Assembly: GCF_006345805.1 (NCBI RefSeq) | Contig: NC_043001.1 | Coordinates: 77,128,001 to 77,192,000 of the forward strand | Source: Octopus sinensis | Lineage: Eukaryota | Reading direction: 5' to 3' | Length of the DNA: 64,000 bases | Shown here: piece by piece, positions 1 to 11,868 of the stretch | Layout of the letters: each line of letters begins with the position of its first letter | Numbering within the stretch: position 1 is the stretch's first letter | The notes under the pieces: generated by a model | What the model was told of the DNA's origin: nothing | The model's input: the letters and a program-made list of their open reading frames with translations, nothing else | Database searches by the model: none | Program-made: the position numbers and the translations under genes

Positions 1-227
1 GGTGGACCCACATAGTCATTTGATGTTTAGAAACTTCTTTCCAAATTTTGTTCTTCACTCATTAACTTGTGCAGGTTGAACTATGTGAAACATTAGAGAA
101 AGAAACCTAGCTGTTCCTTGCAATACATACCAATACATAAATCTAAAGCAAAAGTTTTTTCAGGGACCTTTAAAATACTATTCCAGACCCACCAAAATCT
201 TATATGGACTCTGGTTGAAAACCACTG
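1..227. mobile_element. End of a hAT (Charlie/Buster-type) MITE
   Basis: Ends in GAAAACCACTG (reverse complement of CAGTGGTTTTC), followed by ATTTATAT, which fits the nnnTAnnn 8-bp target. The other end is outside the window. Confidence 0.45.
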
Positions 228-476
228 ATTTATATCATTTTGTGTAAAGATATTTGATAAAACTTTAACCATAATTATTGCATATACACTGTATTTTCTG
301 GTACAGGCTGTATGGTTAAGAAGGCTCTCATTGCAACCATGTGGTTTTTTTGTTCAGTCCCACTGCACTGCACTTTGGACAACTGTATTCTGCTGTAGCC
401 CAAAGTTGACCAATATCTTATCAGTGGATTTGGTAGATGGAAACTGTGTAAGAGTCCATCATATATATATGTTTAT

Positions 477-768
477 ATATATGTATATAATTTAGAGAAA
501 AAAAGCCTCTATTAAACAATTCAAAAATGAAAGATACTATTCACACCATATAGAAAACATACTATAAAAACCTTATTCTAAAAATCAATAAAGTTCTATA
601 AAAAGTAAAGTATCAATAATCTTTTACTACTTTTTACTACTATTTACTATTTATTGCACTTTATTGATTTTTAGAATAATTTTTTTTCTATGTGGTGTGA
701 ATAACATCTTTCATTTTTGAATTGTTTAATAGAGGGTTTTTTTTCTCTAAATTATATACATATATTAT
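477..768. repeat. Foldback (long inverted repeat) element in a (TA)n tract
   Basis: Arm 477-594 is the reverse complement of 658-765 (about 78 bp with few mismatches, plus a second 22-bp block). Confidence 0.85.
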
Positions 769-869
769 ATATTGTAAAATTTGATTTAAATTTGTTAAAT
801 TGAATTTTTCCCTGTAAGTTTTAGAATTATATTCCCTACTATTATTATTATGTTATATATGTGTGTGTG

Positions 870-916
<47 letters not shown>

Positions 917-956
917 ATATATATATTATCTATGTTTATATATATATATATATATA

Positions 957-996
<40 letters not shown>

Positions 997-1048
997 TCTA
1001 TGTTTATATATATTATATATAATATATATATATATATTAATCTATGTT

Positions 1049-1079
<31 letters not shown>

Positions 1080-1088
1080 TTATCTATG

Positions 1089-1135
<47 letters not shown>

Positions 1136-1206
1136 TCTATGTTTATATATATATATATATAATTTAATATTAATATAATCTATATATATTATATATATTA
1201 ATCTAT

Positions 1207-1243
<37 letters not shown>

Positions 1244-1251
1244 TCTATGTT

Positions 1252-1288
<37 letters not shown>

Positions 1289-1366
1289 TCTATGTTTATA
1301 TACACGTATATATATAATATATATATATTATATATATATATATTAATCTATGTTTATATACACACG

Positions 1367-1399
<33 letters not shown>

Positions 1400-1500
1400 A
1401 TATATATATTAATCTATGTTTATATACACACGTATATATATATATATATATATATATATAATCTATGTTTATATACACACGTATATATATTTATATAAAC
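870..1500. repeat. Compound array: TTAATCTATGTTT anchor separated by variable (TA)n
   Basis: About 11 anchor copies counted by eye. Confidence 0.9.
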
Positions 1501-3000
1501 ACATACCTATATTTATACGTATACATGCACACACACACAATGGTAGTCTCGAGAGTCCAAGAAAGACGTTTCTGCAACTTCTTGAAGAGCAACCTGCACA
1601 GAAGACTGTTTATGATTATGTTGCACATTACCTCACTCCCTCCATCAAATAACACTGCCTGTACAGGAACACAGTGTGCAACACTTAAGATGCAACTTCA
1701 GATAAAAAATTTTCTCAAGAACAGAATGCACCACTGCTCAGTCCAAGAAACGAAACATGCTTTTGTGTTGTGTTTGTCCACCACCACCACCACTTGACAG
1801 TCAGTGTTGGTTTGTTTATGTCCCCCGTGCCTTTTTGTGGTCAGCAAAAGAGACTGATAGAATAGATACTGACTTTTAAAAATGTAAGTACTGGTGTCAA
1901 TTTGTTGAATTAAGTCCTTCAAGGTAGTGCAGGTTAAGTCCAAAAACTGAAACAGAAAGATAAAGATTACTCATGTGTGACAAATGCATATTTCCATTGT
2001 TACTTGTCAGCCGATAGGTGATACTCTGGTAATTAACCCTATAATATTCAAATTACTCAGCTAAATGTAATGCATTATTTTGAATTATTCATGCATAACA
2101 CTCTGGTAACAATATTTGTATCCTTGTGTAGCAACTGTTATTTCCTATTTGCTAACTCCTAGAAAGTATAAAGGATGGTGAATATTCCCTTCAAACTTTG
2201 CTTTTGTTATATTTATTCAAACCCTAAAGAATCCCTCTCAACATATGGCTATCATGCTTTCCCACTACACCTGCTCATGATTAGAGATGCACATATTGTC
2301 AGCTACTAAGGGACATGCTCAAGTGGTTATGGTCAAGCAACTGACAAGCAAATCTGTGGTATTGAGCCAAATATTTGTTATAATGATATTTCTGCTTCAG
2401 TAACTCAGTGTTGAATCTGTCTGAAATGTAATGGAAAATAGGTCAGTTTTGAAACATTGATGTCTGGGTCACAAAGGCGAAGTTTGAAGATTTCTAGATA
2501 GAAACAAATAGGAAATAACAATTACTGAGCAAAAACACACAAAAAATAAATAAAATAAATATTTCGTTACACAGTGTAATCTTGTAGCTTCAAAATATTG
2601 ATGATGTCATTATTTTTAGAATGACCTTGTAGGGTAGGTGTGAGAAGCTGGATTTGGTCAGTTTTAAAATAAAACAAGTACACTATTTCAGCTGGATATA
2701 GCCAGTTTAAAAGTTAAAGTGTTAAAATAATAGAAAGAAAAGATTTTGTATCAGTTTTATTATTTCATTCTAAGCACAACTGCTTAGAATATTGATATTT
2801 CAATTATATTTTCTATTTAAACAGTTTATCCATCTCATTAAGATTAATTATATATTTTCACATATTAGATATGTAATTATATGGATGATGGTATTTGATT
2901 TTTTTTAAACTCTGGAAACAGCTGTGACGCTCAGAATGACATTATGAAATTGTTGTTATGACATATCTGTAAAATTTTGTTTATTATTAATATTATTATT

Positions 3001-4285
3001 CAGTGGTCTTATGTTTATCACGTGCTTTCATTGCATTATTGGGTGCAGCTCTGTGTGCCTTGGGTATGTGCTGTGGTTTGTTGTGGTGCTCTTATTTCCA
3101 TTGTATTGAAAGTGCTTTATGTAAGAGATGTGTGGTATCTAGTAGTACTATTTTCTGTATGTTATATATATTTGTAAGTCTTGCTGTTTTGATTATATAT
3201 TTGTATGTTTTTTAATCATACCTATTGCACATATTATTATAGGGATTGTTTCTGTTTTTAGGCTCCACATTTGGGTCATTTCTATTTCCAGATCTTTGTA
3301 GTTTGAGAGTTTCTCTGTTTCTTTTAGAGATAGATTTTTATCTGTTGGGATTGATCGATCAATTAGAAGGTATTTGTTTTTCTTGATGATCTCTCAACAG
3401 CTATATCCAGTCTATTATTCTTGATCTTTCTATCTGCATGTATTGGCATATTCCAGAAAATGCCTCAAAAGATGACTAAGTAACCATACTGTGGGATATG
3501 CCTGTACCATCTTTTTTCTGTTGCCATTCCATAGTGCTGGCATAGCTTCCAGTGTATATAGGTCCCAACTCTATCGTGTCTGGATATATTCCTTCATAGC
3601 CAGGACTGGACAGCCAGAGAAAATATGATTTTATTGTTTCTTCCCCATCACCACATATTCTGTGGTTATTTATTATTTTTTTTATTCATTATGTGCTTCT
3701 GATAGGGGAGGCTTTGATCTTGGGCCCACAACTAAAATTCCAAGCCATGTTTAAACCCTTCTTTTTCTTTTGGCTGTCTTCAGTTATGGCTTTATTGATT
3801 AATTGATCTTGACAGCCATATGAGCCTTTGCAGCATCCCTTCTGCTCTTCTGAAAATTTTCTTCCAGATGTCTGCCCATTCTTTCTGATATCATTAACAG
3901 TTAAGGCTTTGTAAGTTGTAGAGAGACATGTTATGGGTCTGTAGTTTTGTGCATTTGTCATTTCAATGAACTTGGGAATTGAGATGGTTTTTTTTTTCCT
4001 TCTGTGAACCAGTCAGGTGTTGTCTCTGGCTCTGCTAGCATTTCATTGAATATTTCTGCCAGTGTCTTATGTCTTATGTATCCCTGTTAAACATTTTAAC
4101 CAGAAATCGAGAATCTTGTTGTGCTCAGGTGCCTTCCACTTGCTTAGTTTTTGCAATGCCTGGGTGACCTCTTCTGTTGTTATAGGTATCTAGAGTTGTT
4201 CAGGTGCTGTGTTTTTGTTTTAATAGATCTTTTCTGAGGATTTTTTATATATATGGACTATACCTGGGAGATGTTATGGTACCTG
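3001..4285 (-). mobile_element. Degenerate, internally deleted R4/Dong-type non-LTR retrotransposon (RT, CCHC knuckle, restriction-like endonuclease)
   Basis: Minus-strand translation: KWKAPEHNKI..FWLK, NYRPITCLSTTYK..EEQKGC..GSYGCQDQLINKAI (RT N-terminal part), RICGDGEETI/NHIFSGCPVLA (knuckle), KETEKLSNYKDLEIEMTQMWSLKTETIPIIICAIG (RLE). Contains frameshifts. The 3' end abuts a (TAA)-like tract. Confidence 0.85.
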
Positions 4286-4310
4286 CCTGGATAATTTATC
4301 CCTATATACT

Positions 4311-4354
<44 letters not shown>

Positions 4355-5249
4355 ATAAAGAGAGGGAGGGAGAGAGAGAGTATAGTTTTTCTATATAATC
4401 CAGTTGAAATCTCAGTTGAGTTAAAATATATTTCAACTTTGTATAAGAAGCTGGTTTCAAATCTAAACTCAGTTCTAGATTTTCGTTTTGGAAGTTTGTT
4501 TTTAATTAAAAAAAAAATCCTACTTAAATATTTTATGTCTGCCATGAAGATAAAATTAAAAGAAGCCATGTTTCAATTCTGACAGTTTAACTGAAGAGCA
4601 CTGAAAAGAAGGCTTTTCTCTCTCTCTCTCTTAGCAGTGACAAGAGGGACCTCTCAATACCCCTGTCTCTCTCCCTCTCTTTGACACACACAGACATACA
4701 CACTCTGTTGTTTGGCCTCTCTACGCAATTGACCTTTTTTCAAGATTAGTGGTGGTTGTGGTGGTGGTGGGATCCTTGTGTCTCACTACTATGGGAATAA
4801 CCAGCTAGCACTGCTGGCATGTTCTCTTTTGGTTAACGAGGCTGGATGTGGGAGGTGTGTTTCCTGCTAAATTTTGTGGAGAGGAAATCTTGACCAGGCG
4901 TTGATGTTTCCTGGTTTGCAACAAGTTCCTTCCGCTTCTTTTTTTTGTTTCTCTTTTTGATTGCTATTTCGTTCTTTCACAAACTTCCAATCATCTAACA
5001 GGCCATCTCGAGTGAGTTTCCGCTCCTGTGGCATCTCTGGTGTTACATATTGTTAGCTCTGTTGGTTTTCACCAGCAAATAAGAACCATTGCATTTTTAG
5101 TCTTCATGGTACTTTTTGGGCAGAGAAGGAGGAGCTCCAAGAGCCTGGGTATATGTAATGAGCTCACCAAACAGAACTGCATTAGCTTTGTTGCTCATCC
5201 TCTTCATATGACCAACCTAGCACAGCCCACTCAATGCAAGTGGAGATAT

Positions 5250-5505
5250 GTAGTTTAGTAGTTAGGGTGCTGGACTCATGATTGTGAGATTGTGGTTTCA
5301 ATTCCGGGACCAGGCAACACATTGTGTTCTTGAGCAAAACACTTCATTTCACATTGATCCAGTCCACTTAGCTGGCAAAAATAAGTAATCCTGTGATGGA
5401 CCAGCATCCCATCCAGGTGGAGAATTTATACACCATGGAAACCAGGAAACTGGCCCTTATGAGTTGCTATGACTCGAGAAGGTAACCTTTACCTTAACTT
5501 TATAC
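5250..5505 (+). mobile_element. tRNA-derived SINE with AAGGTAACCTTTACC-type tail (family C)
   Basis: A-box-like and B-box-like head (TAGTGGTTAGGG..GGTTTCAATTCC). Related copies near 8860, 9010, 14225, 31195 and 31685 (+), and 28180-28500, 28785-29117 and 30590-30790 (-). Confidence 0.75.
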
Positions 5506-6744
5506 CCAACACATAGCAGGCCTTTCAAAAGAGATGGCAAAAAGTAAAAATTTTATGAGAATAAGCGAGCTGGCAGAGCTGTTAGCATGTCAGACAAAAT
5601 GCTGCTGTGTATTTTGTTTGTCTTTATGTTCTACATTCAAATTCTGCATTCAAATTGCCTTTCAACCCTTTGGGATTGATAAAATGAATAACAGTTATGT
5701 ACTGGGGTTGATGTAATCGGCTTCCCACTTCTCTCAAAAACTGCTGGCTCTGTGCCAAGATTTGAAACCATATTATGAGGATGGTGAACTGGCAGAATTG
5801 TTAGTGTTGGAATGAAAATGCCTTGTGACATTTCTTCTAGTTCTTTAATTTTGAGTTCAAGTCCAGCCAAGGTCAACTTTGTCATTTCTCTTAATATATA
5901 ATATTACTTAATAGTATTGTACACACACACACACACATATATATATACAGGCAATAATGCTAATAAAAAAATCAGATGCGTCAAATATATTAGATATATT
6001 AAAACTAATATATTTAATGTATTTGATATATCTAATTTGTTTATCCACATAATTGCCTCTGTACCTGCTCAACTCGATAGCTTTTCACTACCTTGTGGAA
6101 TGATCCTGTGTAAAGATATTGGAATCTAAGTTTGATGTTTTGAGTACAACTAAGTGTCTTCTATATGGAGAATCTCATCTCTGACCCCCCCACACACACA
6201 TAAACTGTGTGTCATCTAAATTATGCAAATAGGAAAATAACACATATAATTTTAATAGAAATATTTTGCAAGATTACATAAAAATATCTTGAAATACTAA
6301 TGAGTACGTTTATTCAATAAAATTGCCACTGGCTTCAATCACATTCCCCCAGACAACTTTGGAATCTCCTGCAACTCTTCTGAATGGTCTCCTTGTTTAA
6401 GTTGGTGAATGCTGCCATAATCCTTGCCTTCAGTTCATTTTTGTTGTTGCAAAGAGTTTTGTTGGTTTGTCGCTCAACTGTACCCCACACATAATAACCA
6501 AGGGGGTTGCAGTCTGAAGAGTTAGGTGGCTAGATGTTAAGTGTGATGTGGTCATAGAAATTGTCTGACAGCCATGACTGGGTTCTCCTGCTTGTGTGAC
6601 ATGGTGCTGAGTCCTGTTGCCAGACATAAGATCTTCTAGCAGCCTCCCCACCCTTGTGTGTGTGTGTGTGTGTGTATACCGGAGTAAGCACATAAATGTG
6701 AAACAAGGTGGAAAATAGAGTACTCAAATACCAGAGGTAGAGTA

Positions 6745-6867
6745 ATATGCTTTATTTAAAAGCAGCAGAAAAATAACAAAAGCTGTTACTCAGCGTTTCA
6801 CGAACGAGACGGGAAACTCTGAGTAACAGCTTTTGTTATATTTCTGCTGCTTTTAAATAAAGTATAT
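6745..6867. repeat. Short foldback element
   Basis: CTTTATTTAAAAGCAGCAGAAAAATAACAAAAGCTGTTACTCAG is paired with its near-perfect reverse complement at about 6819-6862. The 25-nt loop contains GTTTC/GAAAC. Confidence 0.9.
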
Positions 6868-6869
6868 AT

Positions 6870-6989
6870 ATATATTATATATTATATATATATATATAGA
6901 TATATGTATGTACAAATATACATGTTTGTAAATATGTGTATATATATATATTATAGATATATGTATGTACAAATATACGTGTTTGTAAA

Positions 6990-7033
<44 letters not shown>

Positions 7034-7052
7034 CAAATATACATGTTTGTAA

Positions 7053-7089
<37 letters not shown>

Positions 7090-7245
7090 TATATGTATGT
7101 ACAAATATACGTGTTTGTAAATATGTGTATATATATATATATTATATATGTATGTACAAATATACATGTTTGTAAATATGTGTATATATATATTATATAT
7201 ATAGATATATGTATGTACAAATATACGTGTTTGTAAATATATGTG

Positions 7246-7301
<56 letters not shown>

Positions 7302-7333
7302 ATATATGTATGTACAAATATACGTGTTTGTAA

Positions 7334-7364
<31 letters not shown>

Positions 7365-7392
7365 GATATATGTATGTACAAATATACGTGTT

Positions 7393-7440
<48 letters not shown>

Positions 7441-7529
7441 CAAATATACATGTTTGTAATATGTGTATATATATATATATATATATAGATATATGTATGT
7501 ACAAATATACGTGTTTGTAAATATATGTG

Positions 7530-7588
<59 letters not shown>

Positions 7589-7615
7589 GTATGTACAAAT
7601 ATACGTGTTTGTAAA

Positions 7616-7663
<48 letters not shown>

Positions 7664-7790
7664 GTATGTACAAATATGTATTTGTACATATATGAGTGTA
7701 TATATAGATATATGTATGTACAAATATACGTGTTTGTATATATATATATGTGTATATATATATATATATGTGTGTGTATATATATATATA
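6870..7790. repeat. Compound minisatellite: TATGTATGTACAAATATAC(A/G)TGTTTGTA anchor plus variable (TA)n
   Basis: About 13 anchor copies. This array explains the long I/Y/T/H-rich ORFs in the track. Confidence 0.9.
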
Positions 7791-7794
7791 TATA

Positions 7795-8040
7795 TATTGT
7801 GTGTGTTTGTTTGTGTGTACCCTTGTCTTGACATCATGTGATGAATGTAAACGAGCATTACTGTTATATAAGCAATGTTTTTTATTTTGCATCTTCCAAA
7901 GAAAACTTGTCCGGCTATGGAGAAATATTACCTTACTTGGGTACAGTTGAGAGTTGGCAGCAAAAAGGATATCCAGCAGTAGAAAATCTACTTCAGCAAC
8001 TTCCATCTGATCTATGGAAGCATTGGAAAGTGGATAACTA
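7795..8040 (+). mobile_element. 3' module of a SINE with an RTE-like tail
   Basis: Collinear with 46870-47070 and 50160-50400 (TTGTCTTGACA..TTACCTT(A/G)CTTG..GTAGAAAATCT..TTCCATCTGA). Confidence 0.7.
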
Positions 8041-8406
8041 TTCATTACTGGTCTTCCCTTAATATAGATCTGGGGTTGCATTATATTCAAGATCAGATTG
8101 GAAGCAAGTAAATATAGTGAGAAAAGAACAAAATAAAAAGGTTGTTCATACTAAAGGTCGTTCACCTGGGCTGTTTTGTCGAGGTTGTTTAACTCAAAAG
8201 CTGATATGGAAAACAACTATTAAAATTACAATTCAGCTGTAAGTTGTTTTTTGTTACTTACTGTACTGTGAAAGAAGGATTGAAAATATACTTGATTGAG
8301 GTTAAAAGCTAAACGGGGGAAAATAAATATAAACAACTAAAATAAGTGATAAGTAAACGATCTAAAGTTTTACTTTCGTGTCTATGGAAATGAGTTCATA
8401 TCTTAA

Positions 8407-8623
8407 CCCTTTAGTATTTAAGCTGGCCATATCCAGCCCAAATATTCTACCTGTTTTATGCTCAAATCAGCCAGATCCCATCTCTCACACCTACCCTACA
8501 ATGTCACTAAAAATATACAATCATATCATCAAAATCTTGGAGCTATGAGATAATACATGATTATTGAAAACAATGTCAATAAATAAGGATTACAGTTGAT
8601 AGAATAATATGATGGCTAAAGGG
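8407..8623. mobile_element. piggyBac-type MITE
   Basis: TTAA|CCCTTTAG...CTAAAGGG|TTAA. Partial relatives at about 2575-2725 and 10585-11157. Confidence 0.8.
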
Positions 8624-9817
8624 TTAATGGAGTGTCCATAGCTGCTTTGGGCAAAAAAAATTCCAAGCAGGAATTTTTGTCTGGAATGAGCCGTTGTAGA
8701 AGGTTGTACTGTAGTATAGGTCAGGGCACTAGTACACTGTTGCACCTTGTTTGAGTTTTATTTGTCATCTAAACAAATTTCGAATTTGACCTCTCTTTGC
8801 TGTTAAAAGTTCGAAATTTTTTTTTATACGACAAATGAAACTTACCCCTCTTTAAGTGGAGGCACATGGCTTAGTGGTGAGGGTGTTGGACTTGCGATCA
8901 TAAGATTGTGGTTTTGATTCTTGGACCAAGCGATGCATTGTGTTCACTTCATTTCACGTTGCTCCAGTCCACTCAGCTGTAGAAATGAGTACCACTAGTG
9001 GAGGTGTGTCGTATCATGGTGAGGGTGTTGGATTCATGACCATAAGATTGTGGTTTCCATCCCTGAACTGGGTGATCCATTGTGTTCTTGAACAAAACAC
9101 TTAATTTCATATTGCTCCAGTCCACTCAGCTGTAGAAAGGAATTTAGCCTGGAGAGCGATGGGCTCCACCAGGCTCTCTCACCTTACATACACTGCATGG
9201 CTGCAGCGCCCCCAATGACCCCCAAGGGGTTAAGAGGCTTGTCATTGTCACCCCTCTTTAACCATTCTTTCACAGTGTTACTGCTTTGCAAAGAGTAAAT
9301 ATAACAAAATGTGGTCTGACTACTTTACCAAATTTATGATAGTTTGGATATTTGGTGATGAAGCAATTTTCAATATTTGGCCTTAGTTGTCATTGATCTT
9401 TTTTTTTTTTATAACATTGTTTTATTTGTATTTAGTAATTGCATAATATTTTCTAATCTAATATTTTCTAATCTAATGATATCAAAAACCTTGGTGGTTG
9501 TTTTGCAAGCTTAATTCAAATCAAGTTACAGTTCAGAATATCATATCATTGCATGTGTTATATATTACTATGGCCACCAAGACTACATCCGTTTGCAAGT
9601 ATAGAAACACATACATTTGCATAAGGTAGCAGTTTTAGAAGAGGAGGAGTTGTGTTGATTACATTGAGCCTCAGAACTTGACTGGTGTCTTATTTTAAAT
9701 TGAACCTGAAAGGGTGAAATGCAAGATTGACCTCTGTGGGATTTGAACACAGAATGTAAAGAGCTGGAAGAATTGTTTGCTAAGCATTTTGTCCAATGCA
9801 CCATCTCACTGCCTTAA

Positions 9818-10037
9818 CCCTTTCATTACTGTATTTATTTTGAGATGGTCTGTGTTTCTTTCAATTACTTTAAATATAACAAAGAATTTAGTAAAATAAC
9901 ATAGTTATCATTCAGCTAGTGTTAGGAACATAAATTGTGACTTAGGTTTGGTGGAAGATTTTAATTCAAAACTTATGAAAACAAGACATTTGTACTCAGA
10001 GCCAGAGCCAGTTTCAGCCGGGTTGGTAACAAAAGGG
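9818..10037. mobile_element. piggyBac-type MITE (second family)
   Basis: TTAA|CCCTTTCATTAC...GTAACAAAAGGG|TTAA. Confidence 0.75.
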
Positions 10038-10740
10038 TTAATATACACATTAAATAACCCTTTAATCCTATCAATTATTTTTTTCTTCTAAACCCTTATT
10101 TATATGAGATGAAGGCCCAAATAGCGCTCTTTAGAATTTTAAAATGAAGTGAAAATTTTCCAAATTGGGTATTTTGATGTAATTTTCCACATTGAATCTG
10201 AATTTTAGATTCATATATTCCCAGAAAAAAAAAATTAGGAAAATGTTACAATGGTTCAAAGTTTGATAAAGTCCCCTAAAATATTTAAAATCAGTTATTA
10301 AATTATATTACAAAACTTGTATACAATTTACTTATGATGGCATTATATATAAGAAAAATTCTTTTTTATTCTAAGTAAGACAATGAAAGACTAAATTTAA
10401 GTCAATCATTTATTGACAATACATAATTCATATAGACTGAAAACACCTTAACATAGTGTTGCAGCTTTACATGTATGCTCAGTATTTTTATTGTTGATGA
10501 CTAAAATGAATATTCCAGTAACTTTTTTTTCTGGATTCATTCCTCCTTGTTGCCTTTTTTATTTTCGTCCCATTAAATAAATGCATTTAAAGTGGCCGTA
10601 TATTCTAACCATTTTATGTTCAAATCAGTCAGATCCCACATCTCACATTGACCTTAAAATATCTTTCCAAATATAAACAATCAAACCATTGAAATCTCAA
10701 AGCTACAAGAAAATGCATGATTAATTTAAAAACAATATGA

Positions 10741-11110
10741 ACAAGAGCACTCAGAGAAGCAAACCTCTGCCAAGGCAACATCAATGTGCTCTCAATGATT
10801 AACCAGAGATGAATTTTAAAATGAGAATATCTGAAATAAACTCAACTGCTCTCACAAATGAGAATACTAAAAATGAACCTGACCACTATCAAAAATTAAG
10901 TAAAAAAACTGGAAAAAATAATCCAGAATCCTTTTCCGGCATCAGATTGATACCAAAATCTAATCAGTTCATGCCAGTCACAAGGCCAAACATCCCTGAG
11001 AGTTTCATCTGAATCCATCCAGTGGTTCTTGATATATCTTGTCCACAGCCAAACAAACAAACACACACGACTGAAAACAATACCTCTGGCTTTGCTAAGG
11101 TGGAGGTAAT
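10741..11110 (+). mobile_element. Helentron/DINE-1-like non-autonomous element nested in a piggyBac-type MITE
   Basis: Subterminal ACCTCTGCCAAGG near the 5' end and a 3' hairpin TACCTCTGGCTTTGCTAAGGTGGAGGTA. No target-site duplication is evident. The flanks rejoin into the MITE family seen at 8407-8623. Family assignment is from memory. Confidence 0.45.
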
Positions 11111-11462
11111 AAATAAGCATAGCATTTGGCAGAGTAATCTGAATGCTTAAAAGTTAATTTAACTATTATTACAATTTAATTACTATTATTACAATTTAAC
11201 TATTATTACAATCTTGACTTTTTTTTTAAGGAAAAAAAAGTGAAAAATTTTTATGTTTAAAAGGTGCTGAAGGAGTTTCTAACTCTACTTGCTAAAAGTT
11301 AATGCCAAATTCTCCCTCAAATCACGCCCTTAATATCTTTATAAAAAAAAACAGGCATGTAAGATAATTGAATCTGGCTTTCCTACACACATAAAACAGA
11401 TGGGATGGTGATAGCTACAATGCCTTTGATTATATAGGCCTACTTGGGTATGGCTGATCTAC

Positions 11463-11654
11463 TCTTTTATTTGTTTCAGTCATTTGACTGCAGCCATGCT
11501 GGAGCACTGCCTTTAGTCAAGCAAATCGACCCCAGTACTTATACTTTGTAAGCCTAGTACTTATTCCATTGGTCTTTTATGCCGAACCGCTAAGTTACGG
11601 GCATGTAAACACACTAGCATCGTTTGTCAAGCAATGCTAGGGGGACAAACACAG

Positions 11655-11689
<35 letters not shown>

Positions 11690-11868
11690 CATACATATAT
11701 ATACGATGGGCTTCTTTCAGTTTCCGTCTACCAACTCCACTCTGAAGGCTTTGGTCGGCCTGAGGTTATAGTAGAAGACACTTGCCCAAGGTGCCACGCA
11801 GTGGGACTGAACCCGGAACCATGTGGCTGGTAAGCCAGCTACTTATCACACAGCCACTCTTGCACCTA
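11463..11868 (-). mobile_element. CORE-type tRNA SINE with a central microsatellite (family A)
   Basis: Minus strand: A box TGGCTGTG(A/T)(A/G), B box GGTTCAGTCCC, CORE-like GGCACCTTGGGCAAGTGTC, (TA)n(TG)n centre, 3' module ending GACTGAAACAAATAAAAGAG. Confidence 0.85.

Noticed and set aside
1543-1652. Peptide SPRKTFLQLLEEQ..
   Set aside because: It faintly resembles an RTE C-terminus (RPRKT..) but is too short to call, and it has no exon signals.
6853-7858. Long ORFs rich in I/Y/T/H/C/V (also at 16.3-17.0, 20.9-21.4, 39.1-40.2 and 41.9-42.5 kb)
   Set aside because: They are translations of (TA)n/(TG)n arrays, which happen to lack stop codons in some frames.
7838-8062. ORF ..[37 protein letters not shown].. 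with an acceptor-like site
   Set aside because: The DNA is collinear with the SINE tail at 46870-47070 and 50160-50400, so it is not a host exon.
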